NCBI GenBank assembly: GCA_040222015.1
Contig: JAVJWO010000168.1
Span: 1 to 19,513, forward strand
DNA: 19,513 nt
Direction of reading: 5' to 3'
DNA from: Coleofasciculus chthonoplastes F2-STO-03
GTDB lineage: Bacteria > Cyanobacteriota > Cyanobacteriia > Cyanobacteriales > Coleofasciculaceae
The notes beneath the pieces were generated by a model. That model ran no database searches. It was not told the DNA's origin and worked only from the letters and a program-made list of their open reading frames with translations. Position 1 is the first letter of the stretch. The number at the start of each line of letters is the position of its first letter. The position numbers were made by a program, and so were the translations under genes. This document shows positions 1 to 8,920 of this stretch, piece by piece.

Positions 1-38
1 GGTTGGAGCTTTACAACTATTGTGAGAACTTGTTTCAT
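1..38 (-). CDS. tnpB: 5' end of an IS200/IS605-family TnpB (RNA-guided endonuclease) gene; runs off the window
   Basis: Minus strand from ATG at 38 reads MKQVLTIVVKLQ(P), resembling the N-terminus of a common cyanobacterial TnpB group. The same family is seen at the other window end. Only 12 codons are visible. Confidence 0.7.
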   Translation of the reverse strand, partial: MKQVLTIVVKLQ

Positions 39-44
39 GGCTAA

Positions 45-53
45 ACTATACCA
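45..53 (-). promoter_or_regulatory. Putative extended -10 promoter for a leaderless tnpB transcript
   Basis: Minus strand TG-G-TATAGT (53-45), 6 nt, then the ATG at 38; no Shine-Dalgarno sequence between them. Confidence 0.45.
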
Positions 54-169
54 CCACATGGGATAGATAGATAGAAAGAGAGAGATTGAAAATACTTCGG
101 GGATTGACCCCTCGCATTTTCCGCTATCCCCCTACCCCTTACTTCGTTGAAGGGGTAGCCCCTCGCGAT

Positions 170-418
170 TCGGGTGGCAATGGTGAAGAGCAGTTCTGGA
201 TTGTTAATGGCTTTGTTCCCAGTGCGGCTCACACGATTACCGACTTTGAACTAGAGATTGACCGGATTGGCATTCGTGGTCTAGGTATCACGTTCCAACA
301 GCTCGACCTGATTCAAGATGGCAATGATACTCGCATTAGTGTCTTGAATACAGACCTAGCTATCTTGAGTGGGATTCAAGCGAGTGCCCTCAACAGTAGC
401 GATTTTATCCTCGCCTAG
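170..418 (+). pseudogene. 3' fragment of an RTX/hemolysin-type calcium-binding protein gene, cut off by the IS
   Basis: GGNGEEQFWI...TITDFELEIDRIGI...LAILSGIQASALNSSDFILA resembles the C-terminal secretion region of cyanobacterial RTX proteins. The first ~28 codons of ORF 86..418 are IS-end sequence, with in-frame stops further upstream. Confidence 0.75.
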
Positions 419-429
419 AGCCATTTAGA

Positions 430-457
430 GTAGGGGTACGATAGTATCGTGTCCCTA
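430..457. repeat. GTAG-type REP-like imperfect palindrome
   Basis: GTAGGGGTACGATA-G-TATCGTGTCCCTA just downstream of the RTX stop codon. Confidence 0.6.
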
Positions 458-479
458 TGAATGATGGTTAAATTTAATT

Positions 480-523
480 AAGCGATCGCGTACTTGAACC
501 CTCCCACTCAGGCGCGATCGCTT
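480..523. repeat. Inverted repeat built on two HIP1 sites; possible terminator
   Basis: AAGCGATCGCG (480-490) and CGCGATCGCTT (513-523), followed by a T-rich stretch. Confidence 0.5.
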
Positions 524-844
524 TTGTGTGATTTCCTTTCTGATGAACCTACTGTAGGATTAAGTTGAGAGAGACTACATCCTTGCCCCCAATTCGCCCA
601 ATCGGATGATTGACATACCTTTCTTTGGGCTGATTGGGTTAGCTGGGATAAGTTCTCCGTCATCAACAGTATCTTAAAATTAATGTCACGCTTATTAAGC
701 CCTGAACTAAAATACTCCTCTCAAAGCTCGTATCCCGTTCAAACGGGTTCAAAGACTTACCTAGTAAGCTCGATTCTTACTTTAGCTTTAAGATAAGAAA
801 ATTATTTCCTGGCGTCTAGTAATTAAACTTATGAGGGCTTTCTT

Positions 845-1381
845 ATGCAAGCGCTTTTTAATCCGGAAACCACATCAAAGGTTAGACTCACCGCTAAATC
901 CTCAGTTCGCAAGCCCATACTGCAACTGGGTTCGGTGGGAGCCGAGGTTTTAGAACTGCAAAAGCTTTTGGCTCATTGCGGCACCTATACGGGTCCGATG
1001 GGAGGGTATTTTGATCGCTCGGTCCATGATGCTGTGATGGAATTTCAGCAAAGTATGTTCCTCAAAGCCGATGGTATTGTCGATTCCCTGACGTGGCAAG
1101 CTCTTTATCAGGGTGCCCCGGTTAATATGCCTGTACTCAATCGAGGCAGCCGACATGATATGGTAATTCCTGTACAGTGGGTGCTGCATCTGACTCAGGA
1201 TTATTCAGCGCCAATTGATGGTGATTTTGGCGAACAAACAGAACGCGCTGTGCGATCGTTCCAAAAACGTCATGGCTTAGTGGAAGATGGAGTGGTCAGT
1301 GAGCAAACCTGGTATGCTCTTAGTCAGGTTCATGTCAGTTTGCTCCATAACTCTTACCACGATGCTTTAGTCGCCGTATAG
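845..1381 (+). CDS. Peptidoglycan-binding domain protein with two PG_binding_1 repeats
   Basis: Two repeats of the L..GS.G..V..LQ..L...G...AV..FQ....L..DG.V...TW.AL pattern; GAGGG RBS at 832-836. Confidence 0.9.
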   Translation: MQALFNPETTSKVRLTAKSSVRKPILQLGSVGAEVLELQKLLAHCGTYTGPMGGYFDRSVHDAVMEFQQSMFLKADGIVDSLTWQALYQGAPVNMPVLNRGSRHDMVIPVQWVLHLTQDYSAPIDGDFGEQTERAVRSFQKRHGLVEDGVVSEQTWYALSQVHVSLLHNSYHDALVAV

Positions 1382-1422
1382 TTCAGTGTTCTTGTCTGTA
1401 ATTGATGCTACAAAATTACCCC

Positions 1423-1458
1423 TTTTGTAGAGACGTTGCATGCAACGTCTCTACAAAA
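1423..1458. terminator. Perfect 36-bp palindrome (REP-like), probable terminator between convergent genes
   Basis: TTTTGTAGAGACGTTGCA|TGCAACGTCTCTACAAAA lies between the PG-binding gene and hisS stop codons. Confidence 0.65.
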
Positions 1459-1462
1459 ATGC

Positions 1463-2851
1463 TTAGGCTAGTTGCTTGCTCACCTCATCAGCTAGCTGCT
1501 CTATATTGACAGCAATTTGCTCCCCGGTTCTCATGTTTTTCAAACCGCATTTTTGAGCGGCTGCTTCTTCAGAGCCAATAATGACACAAATAGGAATTCC
1601 TCGTTTGTCGGCTTGCTGTAACTGTTTGCCCACAGAACGCTCGTCAAAACTGGTCATTGTACTAATTCCCGCCTGACGCAATTTCTGAGATACTTCTAAA
1701 TATAAAGGCATCAGGTCACTTTGCATATTCACCACCATCACTTGGGCGGGTGTAGAGGAGAACGACTCCAGAATCCCGGCTTGAATCAACCGACTCATCA
1801 ACCGAGTTAAGCCGATGGAAATGCCCACTCCTGGCATTTTATCCCCAACAAACATACCCACGAGTTCTTCATACCGTCCCCCTGAACAAATACTACCCAA
1901 GGCTTCGTGACCCACGAGTGTAGTTTCATACACCGTTCCCGTATAATAATCTAATCCACGGGCAATGGAGAGGTCAATGCAAAATACGCGATCGCTCACC
2001 CCCAAATTCCGTACTCCGGTAATCACCGTTTCCAGTTCAGCAATGCCCGTTTTCAATACCTGAGCGTCTGGTTTATCCTCAAGCATGGCGTTTAATTGCG
2101 CCAACACCTCATCCACCGAACCCTGAATCTTGGTGAAGGCAATAATTTGCTCGACTTGTTCATCGGATAACCCTTCAGCCAAGAGCGCTTTTTTTACCTT
2201 TGTTTCACCAATTTTCTCGGCGGCATCTACAATCCGGATAGAGGGCATAATTTTGCTCTCGTCTAAACCAATCGACTCAAAGAAACCACTGAGAACTTTG
2301 CGATTGTTTATGCGGATCAAAAAGTCTCCGATATTAATCGCCGTAAAAATTTCGGCAATAATCGCGGGAATTTGAGCATCATAGAGCAAACTCAGCTTAT
2401 TACGACCCACTACATCAATATCACATTGGCGAAATTGGCGATAGCGTCCGGCTTTTGCCCGTTCTCCCCGAAACACAGTATCCATCTGATAGCGGGCAAA
2501 GGGAAACTGAAGTTCATTCAGGTGACGGGCAATATAAGCCGCTAAGGGAACCGTCTGATCAAACTTTAAGGCTCTCTCTTCTGAACCACTTTCTCCCGCC
2601 TGTTCTTTTTCGGCTTGGCGATTGGGCGGCAAAATTGGTTGCAACCCGTAAATAATATTATCCCCTTGATTTCCTTTGGCTTGCAGGACTTCTAATCGCT
2701 CAACTGCTGGAGTTTCGATGGGTGTGAATCCATATCGCTCAAAAACTTGGCGGATGGTATCTATCAAATACATCTCCAGACGCTTTTCGCCTGGGAGAAA
2801 TTCGGGAAAACCACTTGGACAAGAAAAGTTTATTTTGTCAGCTTTTGCCAT
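1463..2851 (-). CDS. hisS: Histidine--tRNA ligase
   Basis: Class II motif 2 FRGERAKAGRYRQFRQCDID, HisA motif ARGLDYYTG, GGRYEEL, motif 3 GISIGLTRL, and a C-terminal anticodon-binding domain. Confidence 0.97.
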   Translation of the reverse strand: MAKADKINFSCPSGFPEFLPGEKRLEMYLIDTIRQVFERYGFTPIETPAVERLEVLQAKGNQGDNIIYGLQPILPPNRQAEKEQAGESGSEERALKFDQTVPLAAYIARHLNELQFPFARYQMDTVFRGERAKAGRYRQFRQCDIDVVGRNKLSLLYDAQIPAIIAEIFTAINIGDFLIRINNRKVLSGFFESIGLDESKIMPSIRIVDAAEKIGETKVKKALLAEGLSDEQVEQIIAFTKIQGSVDEVLAQLNAMLEDKPDAQVLKTGIAELETVITGVRNLGVSDRVFCIDLSIARGLDYYTGTVYETTLVGHEALGSICSGGRYEELVGMFVGDKMPGVGISIGLTRLMSRLIQAGILESFSSTPAQVMVVNMQSDLMPLYLEVSQKLRQAGISTMTSFDERSVGKQLQQADKRGIPICVIIGSEEAAAQKCGLKNMRTGEQIAVNIEQLADEVSKQLA

Positions 2852-2913
2852 TTTTCAGGAAATAGAGAACAGGTAAAATGAAATGAGGAACAGCGAATTA
2901 AAATTTCTAATTG

Positions 2914-3906
2914 CTAATTTATAATTGTTAGGTAATGGATACTGAATAGATGGTTAGTATCTGTCCATACCTGTTGAGCATCGAATCCAGCATAATTTGC
3001 CATATCCTGGAACTCTTCAATGCTGTATTTATATGAATTTTCGGTGTGAATCGTTTCATCTTGGCGAAAGTGAAACGGTGTCTTATCGATGATAACAGTT
3101 TGTTCCTTGAGACTGACTAAGTGCATCTCAATGCGACTTTCATCTTGATTATAAAAAGCCCAGTGGTGAAAGTGTGATAAATCAAAATTAGCGTTTAACT
3201 CCTGATTAATCCGATCTAACAGGTTGAGATTAAATGCAGCCGTGACTCCCTGGGCATCATTATAGGCAGCATTTAAAATAGCTGGGTCTTTTTTCAAATC
3301 GACACCAATTAACATGCCATCGCCTTTATCCAAAAGATGACGCGACTGTTTCAGCAGATGGATGGCTTCCTGGGGATAGAGATTGCCAATCGTGGAACCC
3401 GGAAAGAAAATTAGCTTGTGATTAACGGGTTTTTTGCTGTAGGGCGGCAGTTGAAAATCTTGGGTATAATCCGCACAAACGGCGATCACATCCAAGTCAG
3501 GATAGCATTGTGCTAGTTCTGCTGACGCTTGCAGCATGTGTTCTTGGGAGATATCTATGGGCATATAGCCGGCTAGGTGCGGTAAGGCATCCAACAGCAG
3601 GCGGACTTTGGCACTACTACCACTACCATACTCGATCAGCAAGCAATCTTGACCTACGAGTTGGGTAATGTCCCGGCAATAGGTTTTTAACAGATGAATC
3701 TCTGTTCGGGTGGGATAATATTCCTCCACCTCACAGATCTGATCAAACAGTTCCGAACCCCGTTTATCATAAAAGAACTTGGGCGCGATCGCTTTTTGGG
3801 GTTGAGTCAAACCCTTGAATATCTCCTCACGTAAGCTGCTTAGATGCGGCTTATAATCGTAAAACTCTCTTATATTCATCCACCTATCCTTCAATCTGCT
3901 AACCAC
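2914..3906 (-). CDS. egtD: L-histidine N-alpha-methyltransferase (ergothioneine biosynthesis)
   Basis: PKFFYDKRGSELFDQI, YYPTRTE, IEYGSGSSAK, FFPGSTIGN, AYNDAQGVTAAFNLN, IHTENSYKY. Start may be GTG 3906 or ATG 3879. Confidence 0.95.
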   Translation of the reverse strand: MVSRLKDRWMNIREFYDYKPHLSSLREEIFKGLTQPQKAIAPKFFYDKRGSELFDQICEVEEYYPTRTEIHLLKTYCRDITQLVGQDCLLIEYGSGSSAKVRLLLDALPHLAGYMPIDISQEHMLQASAELAQCYPDLDVIAVCADYTQDFQLPPYSKKPVNHKLIFFPGSTIGNLYPQEAIHLLKQSRHLLDKGDGMLIGVDLKKDPAILNAAYNDAQGVTAAFNLNLLDRINQELNANFDLSHFHHWAFYNQDESRIEMHLVSLKEQTVIIDKTPFHFRQDETIHTENSYKYSIEEFQDMANYAGFDAQQVWTDTNHLFSIHYLTIIN

Positions 3907-4248
3907 CTAAAGGGTCTATTCCTCTCCTATCATCTACCGCCAACGATCCTTTTTGCAAGTTATCTCATGTCCGGTTGAATACTTACACTTTGGTAGAAAC
4001 AAGGCAGAATACAGATAGCAGAGGACTTCAAGAAAAAGAGCAAGGATGCCAGGGAAAAGGAATTTATGACTGTTTAGACGGACAGGATGTCAGCGGCTGC
4101 TGCACGTTTATATCCTCATCCCTCATCCATCTGTCAAAAAATTCTCGCACTTGGATAGGGTGGGTTGATGGACATCAGGATGAAACCTACCTGAACAACC
4201 GACAAATCTAAAAACGGTTTCATTTTTTATCCTTTGTCCCTGATTCCC

Positions 4249-5193
4249 TTACTTTTTCTTGCCGCCAAACAATCCTCCAAATAAACCCCCGCCACCCGAT
4301 TGCTCTTTCGGCTTTTTGCCTGAACCCGATTTCTGGGTTAATTTGTCGATATATTGTTTCCCTTTCAAGGCATTTTCTTCCTGCGGATTTAATTGCAAGG
4401 CTTTATTAATGTGAACCTTAGCCATGGACACTTGATTTTGCTTTAAGTAAGCCAACCCTAATAAGCCATGACATTTGCTATTGGTTTGCTCTAATTTGAG
4501 GGCTTCTCGTAATTCTAAAACAGCACCCGCAAAATTGTTTTTCTGCATGTAGCTGTCGGCACGGCTGATATAGGAAGCAACTTTTGAGCCTTCTTGAGTT
4601 CCACCCCCCTTGGTTGAAGCCTCACTGGTAGCAGCGCCTTTCTTGACCGCCTTACCCGGTCCGGCTGTTTTGGAAATGGCTGTTCCTGGAGAGGTTTTGC
4701 CGATGCCTGATTTGGATGTTTTTCCTTGAAGCATCAAGTAAACTAAGTTGAGCTCACTGATTTCGCCAGTGATGTCCACGACTCGATCAAGAGATTCGTA
4801 TTGCGTAGAGGCTAGCGATTTCAAGGAGCTTCGATAAACAGCATCGGCATTTGCACCAGCTTTTGCCAATTGTTTAGCCACGTCACTATAAATAGAAATT
4901 TTTCCTCCTTCTGCGGCTAGACGCTTGCCCATGTGTCCTAAACTAATCCTATAGTCGCGACTGCCGCGAAACAGTTGTTCCTTGGCAGGATTGACGAGTT
5001 TGGTTAACAGTTCATTGGCTTGCTGTTTTTCCTCATCTGTTTTGAATTTGCTGCTGTCAGGGTGGAGACGGCGAGTTACTTTGAGATACTGTTTCCGGAC
5101 TGTCTTCTCATCCGCATCGACGGGAACGCCTAGAATGGCATGATAATCCGTGAAATCATACTTAAAAAGTCCGCGTTCAATTTCAAAAGCCAT
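4249..5193 (-). CDS. DnaJ (J-domain) protein with C-terminal TPR repeats
   Basis: DYHAILGV...RRLHPD J-domain, low-complexity linker, TPR-like helices (AVLELREALKLE...KALQLNPQ), GGLFGGKKK tail. Confidence 0.9.
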   Translation of the reverse strand: MAFEIERGLFKYDFTDYHAILGVPVDADEKTVRKQYLKVTRRLHPDSSKFKTDEEKQQANELLTKLVNPAKEQLFRGSRDYRISLGHMGKRLAAEGGKISIYSDVAKQLAKAGANADAVYRSSLKSLASTQYESLDRVVDITGEISELNLVYLMLQGKTSKSGIGKTSPGTAISKTAGPGKAVKKGAATSEASTKGGGTQEGSKVASYISRADSYMQKNNFAGAVLELREALKLEQTNSKCHGLLGLAYLKQNQVSMAKVHINKALQLNPQEENALKGKQYIDKLTQKSGSGKKPKEQSGGGGLFGGLFGGKKK

Positions 5194-5337
5194 AGGGTGC
5201 TGTCCAATTGCTGTGACGAAAGAATAGTTTTATAGTCTGTCTTAGAGATGAGAGACCCTCTTGACATCCTCATAGCTATTGTAGAAAATACAGTTCCTAA
5301 GATCTGGTGCATCTCAAGACTGTTCGGTTAAGGGCAG

Positions 5338-5444
5338 CTGAGGGAGCAAAGGAAGCTTGGGGAGATGGGGAAGATGGGGAAGTAAATGACGTAGCTTGCT
5401 TCTCGCTCCCTTGAGTATGACAAATGACAAATGACGAATGACGA
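5338..5444. repeat. Short tandem repeats: 9-mer (GATGGGGAA-like) and heptamer ATGAC(A/G)A x4
   Basis: GGGGAGATGGGGAAGATGGGGAAG at ~5359-5382; ATGACAA ATGACAA ATGACGA ATGACGA at 5417-5444. Confidence 0.75.
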
Positions 5445-5446
5445 TC

Positions 5447-6271
5447 TCAATTCCAACTGGACAGAGGTAGTGTCTGTAAAAGTTCCTGGCTGAGTTGATC
5501 ATGAATTTGACCATTGGTGGCGAGAATTCGTCCAGATTTTAGGACGAGGGGGCTACCATCATAAGCGGTGACTGTGCCACCTGCCTCTTGCACTAATACT
5601 ACACCAGCCGTAATATCCCAGGGCGAAATTCCCCGTTCCCAATAACCATCTAAGCGTCCACAAGCCACATCTGCCAAATCCAGTGAGGCTGAACCACTGC
5701 GGCGAACGCCTTGGGTGAGGTGAGTTAGGTGACAAAACTCGGCATAGTTATTATCTGGGGTTTCGCGACGGTCATAGGCAAAGCCAGTTACCAACAAGCT
5801 TTGATTGAAAGTAGATGTGTTAGAGACGTGAATGGGACGACGGTTGCAAGTCGCCCCTAATCCCTTAGCGGCACGAAAGAGTTCATTGCGAAAGGGATTA
5901 TAGATCACTCCCACTTGCGGGGTTTCGTCAATGAGTAATCCCACTGATGTAGAGGCAATGGGGTATTGATGAGCATAATTGGTGGTGCCGTCGAGGGGAT
6001 CAATTGCCCACAGGTATTTACTCTCTTGATCTCCCCCTTGACCCGATTCTTCTGCCAAAATAGCGTGATGGGGGACATGACGCCTTAAGACGTTTAAAAT
6101 GACGGCTTCTGCTTCTTTATCGGCAACGGTGACTAAATCACCCGGACGCCCTTTCTCTTCTACGGCATCTAGTTTACCCCAGTAGGTTTGCAAGATTGCC
6201 CCGGCTGCCATGGCGGCTTCTGTGGCGATATCAAGAAAGATTTGCAGTTGATCGGGTGTGGGTTGGCTCAT
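5447..6271 (-). CDS. suhB: Inositol monophosphatase family protein (SuhB-like)
   Basis: DLVTVADKEAE, ILAEESG, WAIDPLDGTTNY, RRSGSASLDL, WDITAG motifs. Confidence 0.9.
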   Translation of the reverse strand: MSQPTPDQLQIFLDIATEAAMAAGAILQTYWGKLDAVEEKGRPGDLVTVADKEAEAVILNVLRRHVPHHAILAEESGQGGDQESKYLWAIDPLDGTTNYAHQYPIASTSVGLLIDETPQVGVIYNPFRNELFRAAKGLGATCNRRPIHVSNTSTFNQSLLVTGFAYDRRETPDNNYAEFCHLTHLTQGVRRSGSASLDLADVACGRLDGYWERGISPWDITAGVVLVQEAGGTVTAYDGSPLVLKSGRILATNGQIHDQLSQELLQTLPLSSWN

Positions 6272-6389
6272 GGTTGGTGATTATAGTTTTCAGTTTTTCG
6301 GATAGTCGGGATGGGTTTGACTATTATTGGTTATTTTCCGGCGCCAAGCAAATCCGCTAACATGGCAAACGAGTGACTCAAACCTATTG

Positions 6390-7523
6390 ATGGCTAAGAC
6401 TGTGAAACGAGTAGGGGTAATCGGTGGTGGACAACTGGCTTGGATGATGGGAGGTGCGGCTAAATCATTGGGTTTGGATTTGGTGATTCAAACACCCCAG
6501 CCTACTGATCCAGCCGTTAGTGTTGCCTCCGATACCATCTTTGCTCCGATTGATGACGCCGCCGCGACGGCAAAGTTAGCTGCCCATTGTGATGTGATCA
6601 CATTTGAGAATGAATTTATTAATTTGGATGCGTTGTTCCTCTTGGCAAACCAAGGTGTCTGTTTTCGCCCCCGCCTAGACGCTTTAGCCCCCCTACTCGA
6701 TAAATATCACCAACGTTGCTATTTACGCGACATTGGCTTACCCCAACCTGCTTTTAACTTACTAGAGACACCCCTCAACCCCGATACACTGAATTTTCCC
6801 CTGGTTCTCAAAGCGCGACGTCACGGCTATGATGGTCAAGGCACGTTTATTTTTAAGGATAGAGAGAGTTTCCAGGAACTCTGGCAAAAACTCGCCGATA
6901 CACCTCTACTCGTCGAGGAATTTATACCCTTTGAACGAGAATTAGCTGTCATCGCGGCTCGTTCTATAAGCGGTGAGGTAGTGGTTTACCCGGTTGTCGA
7001 AACTCAGCAGGAAAATCAAGTGTGCCGTCGGGTGATTATTCCCGCTCCAATTAGCCCAGAGACAGAACAAAAGATTAACGCGATCGCACGTACCTTACTC
7101 AATAGTCTACAAGCCGTGGGTGTGTTTGGGATTGAACTCTTTCTCACCGCCAATAATCAGGTATATGTCAACGAAGTTTCGCCTCGTACCCACAATTCTG
7201 GACATTTTAGTCTAGATGCTTGTGAAACGTCGCAGTTTGAAATGCATTTACGGGCAGTTGCCGGATTATCCTTGACAAAACCAACATTTAAGTGTAAAGA
7301 AGCCGTCATGGTTAATCTATTGGGTTACGAATATTCCCAGAACGACTATCTCGAAAAACGGCAAAAACTTGCCAGCCAGCCGCAAACTTATGTGCATTGG
7401 TATGGGAAAAAGCAATCCCGCCCTGGGCGCAAACTCGGTCATGTCACCGTTCTCCTGAATTCTAACTCAGGGAAGAACCCCCAGGCGATCGCACAAACAA
7501 TAGAAACCCTGTGGTACGGTTAA
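6390..7523 (+). CDS. purK: N5-carboxyaminoimidazole ribonucleotide synthase
   Basis: VIGGGQLAWMM, VITFENE, GYDGQGT, NEVSPRTHNSGH, RPGRKLGHVT. ATG 6390 (or GTG 6402) is more plausible than TTG 6327. Confidence 0.96.
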   Translation: MAKTVKRVGVIGGGQLAWMMGGAAKSLGLDLVIQTPQPTDPAVSVASDTIFAPIDDAAATAKLAAHCDVITFENEFINLDALFLLANQGVCFRPRLDALAPLLDKYHQRCYLRDIGLPQPAFNLLETPLNPDTLNFPLVLKARRHGYDGQGTFIFKDRESFQELWQKLADTPLLVEEFIPFERELAVIAARSISGEVVVYPVVETQQENQVCRRVIIPAPISPETEQKINAIARTLLNSLQAVGVFGIELFLTANNQVYVNEVSPRTHNSGHFSLDACETSQFEMHLRAVAGLSLTKPTFKCKEAVMVNLLGYEYSQNDYLEKRQKLASQPQTYVHWYGKKQSRPGRKLGHVTVLLNSNSGKNPQAIAQTIETLWYG

Positions 7524-7542
7524 AGTCTTGATTGTTGATTGT

Positions 7543-7605
7543 GTAGGGGCGGGTTTTACCGATAATACTATCCAACACAACCGATAACGTGACTAAACCC
7601 GCCCC
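7543..7605. repeat. REP-like element GTAGGGGCGGGTTT...AAACCCGCCCC
   Basis: Inverted arms 7543-7556 and 7595-7605; second copy at 10472-10531; flanked by heptamer repeats (TTGATTG, ATGACAA). Confidence 0.8.
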
Positions 7606-7638
7606 AGCCAAGGACAAATGACATAAACAAATGACAAA

Positions 7639-8568
7639 TCATTCTAATTGGGAAATCCCCTTTAAAACAAAGTCACTTTGAGCTTGAGCCATAATCTGAA
7701 TCATCGCCTTGAAATCAGCATTTCGTTGGCGATACTTGGTGATTAAATCCTCTGACTGAACTCTAACACCTAACGTTTCTAGATAATCTGCCTCAATGCG
7801 TTGAAGTTCCTGTTTATAGCGCTGCTTAAACGATTGCTCAATTTTTGCCTTATCCTGCTCTGGAAAAACGTTGAGGTGGATAACTACAGTACCTCGATGC
7901 TTCGTTTCAATCGCTTGAATAGAAACCGGAAAATTATCGTTTTCCTTCTCCAACTCTTTAAAAGCAACCAAAAAAGCCTGCCAATCAATCCCCTTGCGAA
8001 AAATCAACTCAACGGTTTCCCGCGTTTTTTGGAAAAGCTTCGTAAACTCACCCGGCTCAAATGTACCACTATGAGGACGGCGTTCTTGCAGTACATATCC
8101 TTTACTCTCAGGAGAATATCTGGATTTAAGATAAACATAGTCGCAGATAACTCCAGTTAAGTTGGTTGTACTATCAATATTCCAATCTTCTAAGCAAACT
8201 CCTGTAAATATGGCTCTCTCAAAGTTTGTACCTAAGGCTTGAGTTCTAATCAATCGGGCTTCAGATAAATCAGCGCCGCTTAAAAGAGCATTTCTAAAAT
8301 CTGCGCCTGTAAAATCAGCTTTTCTAAGATTGGCATCGGTCAAGTCGGCTTCAAGCAAATCCGTGCCAAAGAGGTTCGCCCCTTGAATGTTAGCCCCTCT
8401 CAGGTTAAACCCACTCAGATCCAATAAATTTAGGTTAGCACCCTCCAGCATGGGAGTAACATCAGGATGCTTCTCGCGCCAACTGTTCCAGTGGAATAAC
8501 CCCAGTTTGACAAGATAGGAATGGGGTTCGCTGTACACCATCTGACCATAACCCCGAACATCATACAT
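7639..8568 (-). CDS. Pentapeptide-repeat protein with a C-terminal domain of unknown function
   Basis: WNSWR N-cap, then A(N/D)L.. pentapeptide repeats, then RRPHSGTFEPGEF...IFRKGIDWQAF region. Confidence 0.9.
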   Translation of the reverse strand: MYDVRGYGQMVYSEPHSYLVKLGLFHWNSWREKHPDVTPMLEGANLNLLDLSGFNLRGANIQGANLFGTDLLEADLTDANLRKADFTGADFRNALLSGADLSEARLIRTQALGTNFERAIFTGVCLEDWNIDSTTNLTGVICDYVYLKSRYSPESKGYVLQERRPHSGTFEPGEFTKLFQKTRETVELIFRKGIDWQAFLVAFKELEKENDNFPVSIQAIETKHRGTVVIHLNVFPEQDKAKIEQSFKQRYKQELQRIEADYLETLGVRVQSEDLITKYRQRNADFKAMIQIMAQAQSDFVLKGISQLE

Positions 8569-8690
8569 AATTTGCGATCGATGACACTCATCAGTTTAGC
8601 TTAGAGCGACAGCGCATGATTAGGCATGAACAGCAGACTGTTTCATGGCGCACGCCATCCGCCCCTACAGAAGGTGGCGATACGGGACAG

Positions 8691-8718
8691 TAGACATCTG
8701 GAAATAAATCGTTAAAAT
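8691..8718 (+). promoter_or_regulatory. Sigma70-type promoter of 6S RNA
   Basis: TAGACA (8691-8696), 16 nt, TAAAAT (8713-8718), about 6 nt before the RNA closing stem. Confidence 0.65.
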
Positions 8719-8724
8719 AGGGGT

Positions 8725-8912
8725 ACAGGTTCCACTGGAACGTTGGTGACTGCCAATAGTGTTTTTTGATCTTTGTTTGTATGTAAAAGGGAATCGAGAG
8801 ACCTTGTGGCAGTAGACCGGGCATGAACCCGGAAACTTAAAACGAGTGTCCACGATACCCACCTGGTTTTCCAGGTCATAAGCTGAGGCAAGACGGCGTT
8901 CCGGTGAACCTG
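8725..8912 (+). ncRNA. ssrS: 6S RNA (6Sa)
   Basis: About 188 nt. The 5' CAGGTTCCACTGGAACGTTG pairs with the 3' CGGCGTTCCGGTGAACCTG as a closing stem. Internal blocks GGGAATCGAGAGACCTTGTGGCAGTAG and GATACCCACCTGG...CAGGTCATA match my recollection of cyanobacterial 6S RNA. It has its own promoter and terminator and lies downstream of purK on the same strand, the known cyanobacterial synteny. Confidence 0.88.
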
Positions 8913-8920
8913 CAATAATT

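Larger units (their letters stand above)
1..175 (-). mobile_element. Left end of a tnpB-only (IS1341-like) IS200/IS605 element
   Basis: Subterminal hairpin CTACCCCTT(132-140)/AAGGGGTAG(150-158). Only ~130 bp separate the tnpB ATG from host RTX-like sequence, leaving no room for tnpA. Exact junction uncertain (~165-180). Confidence 0.6.

Noticed and set aside
524..844. Possible riboswitch before the peptidoglycan-binding gene
   Set aside because: Small hairpins (~597-638, ~734-747) but no c-di-AMP or c-di-GMP consensus recognisable.
3975..4245. 78-aa ORF or a riboswitch upstream of egtD
   Set aside because: TTG start and no recognisable motifs; only weak inverted repeats and a degenerate REP; no SAM or other aptamer consensus seen.
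5314..5514. 66-aa ORF with PHLPHLPKL repeats
   Set aside because: Translation of intergenic 9-mer and heptamer repeats overlapping the suhB-like gene's end.
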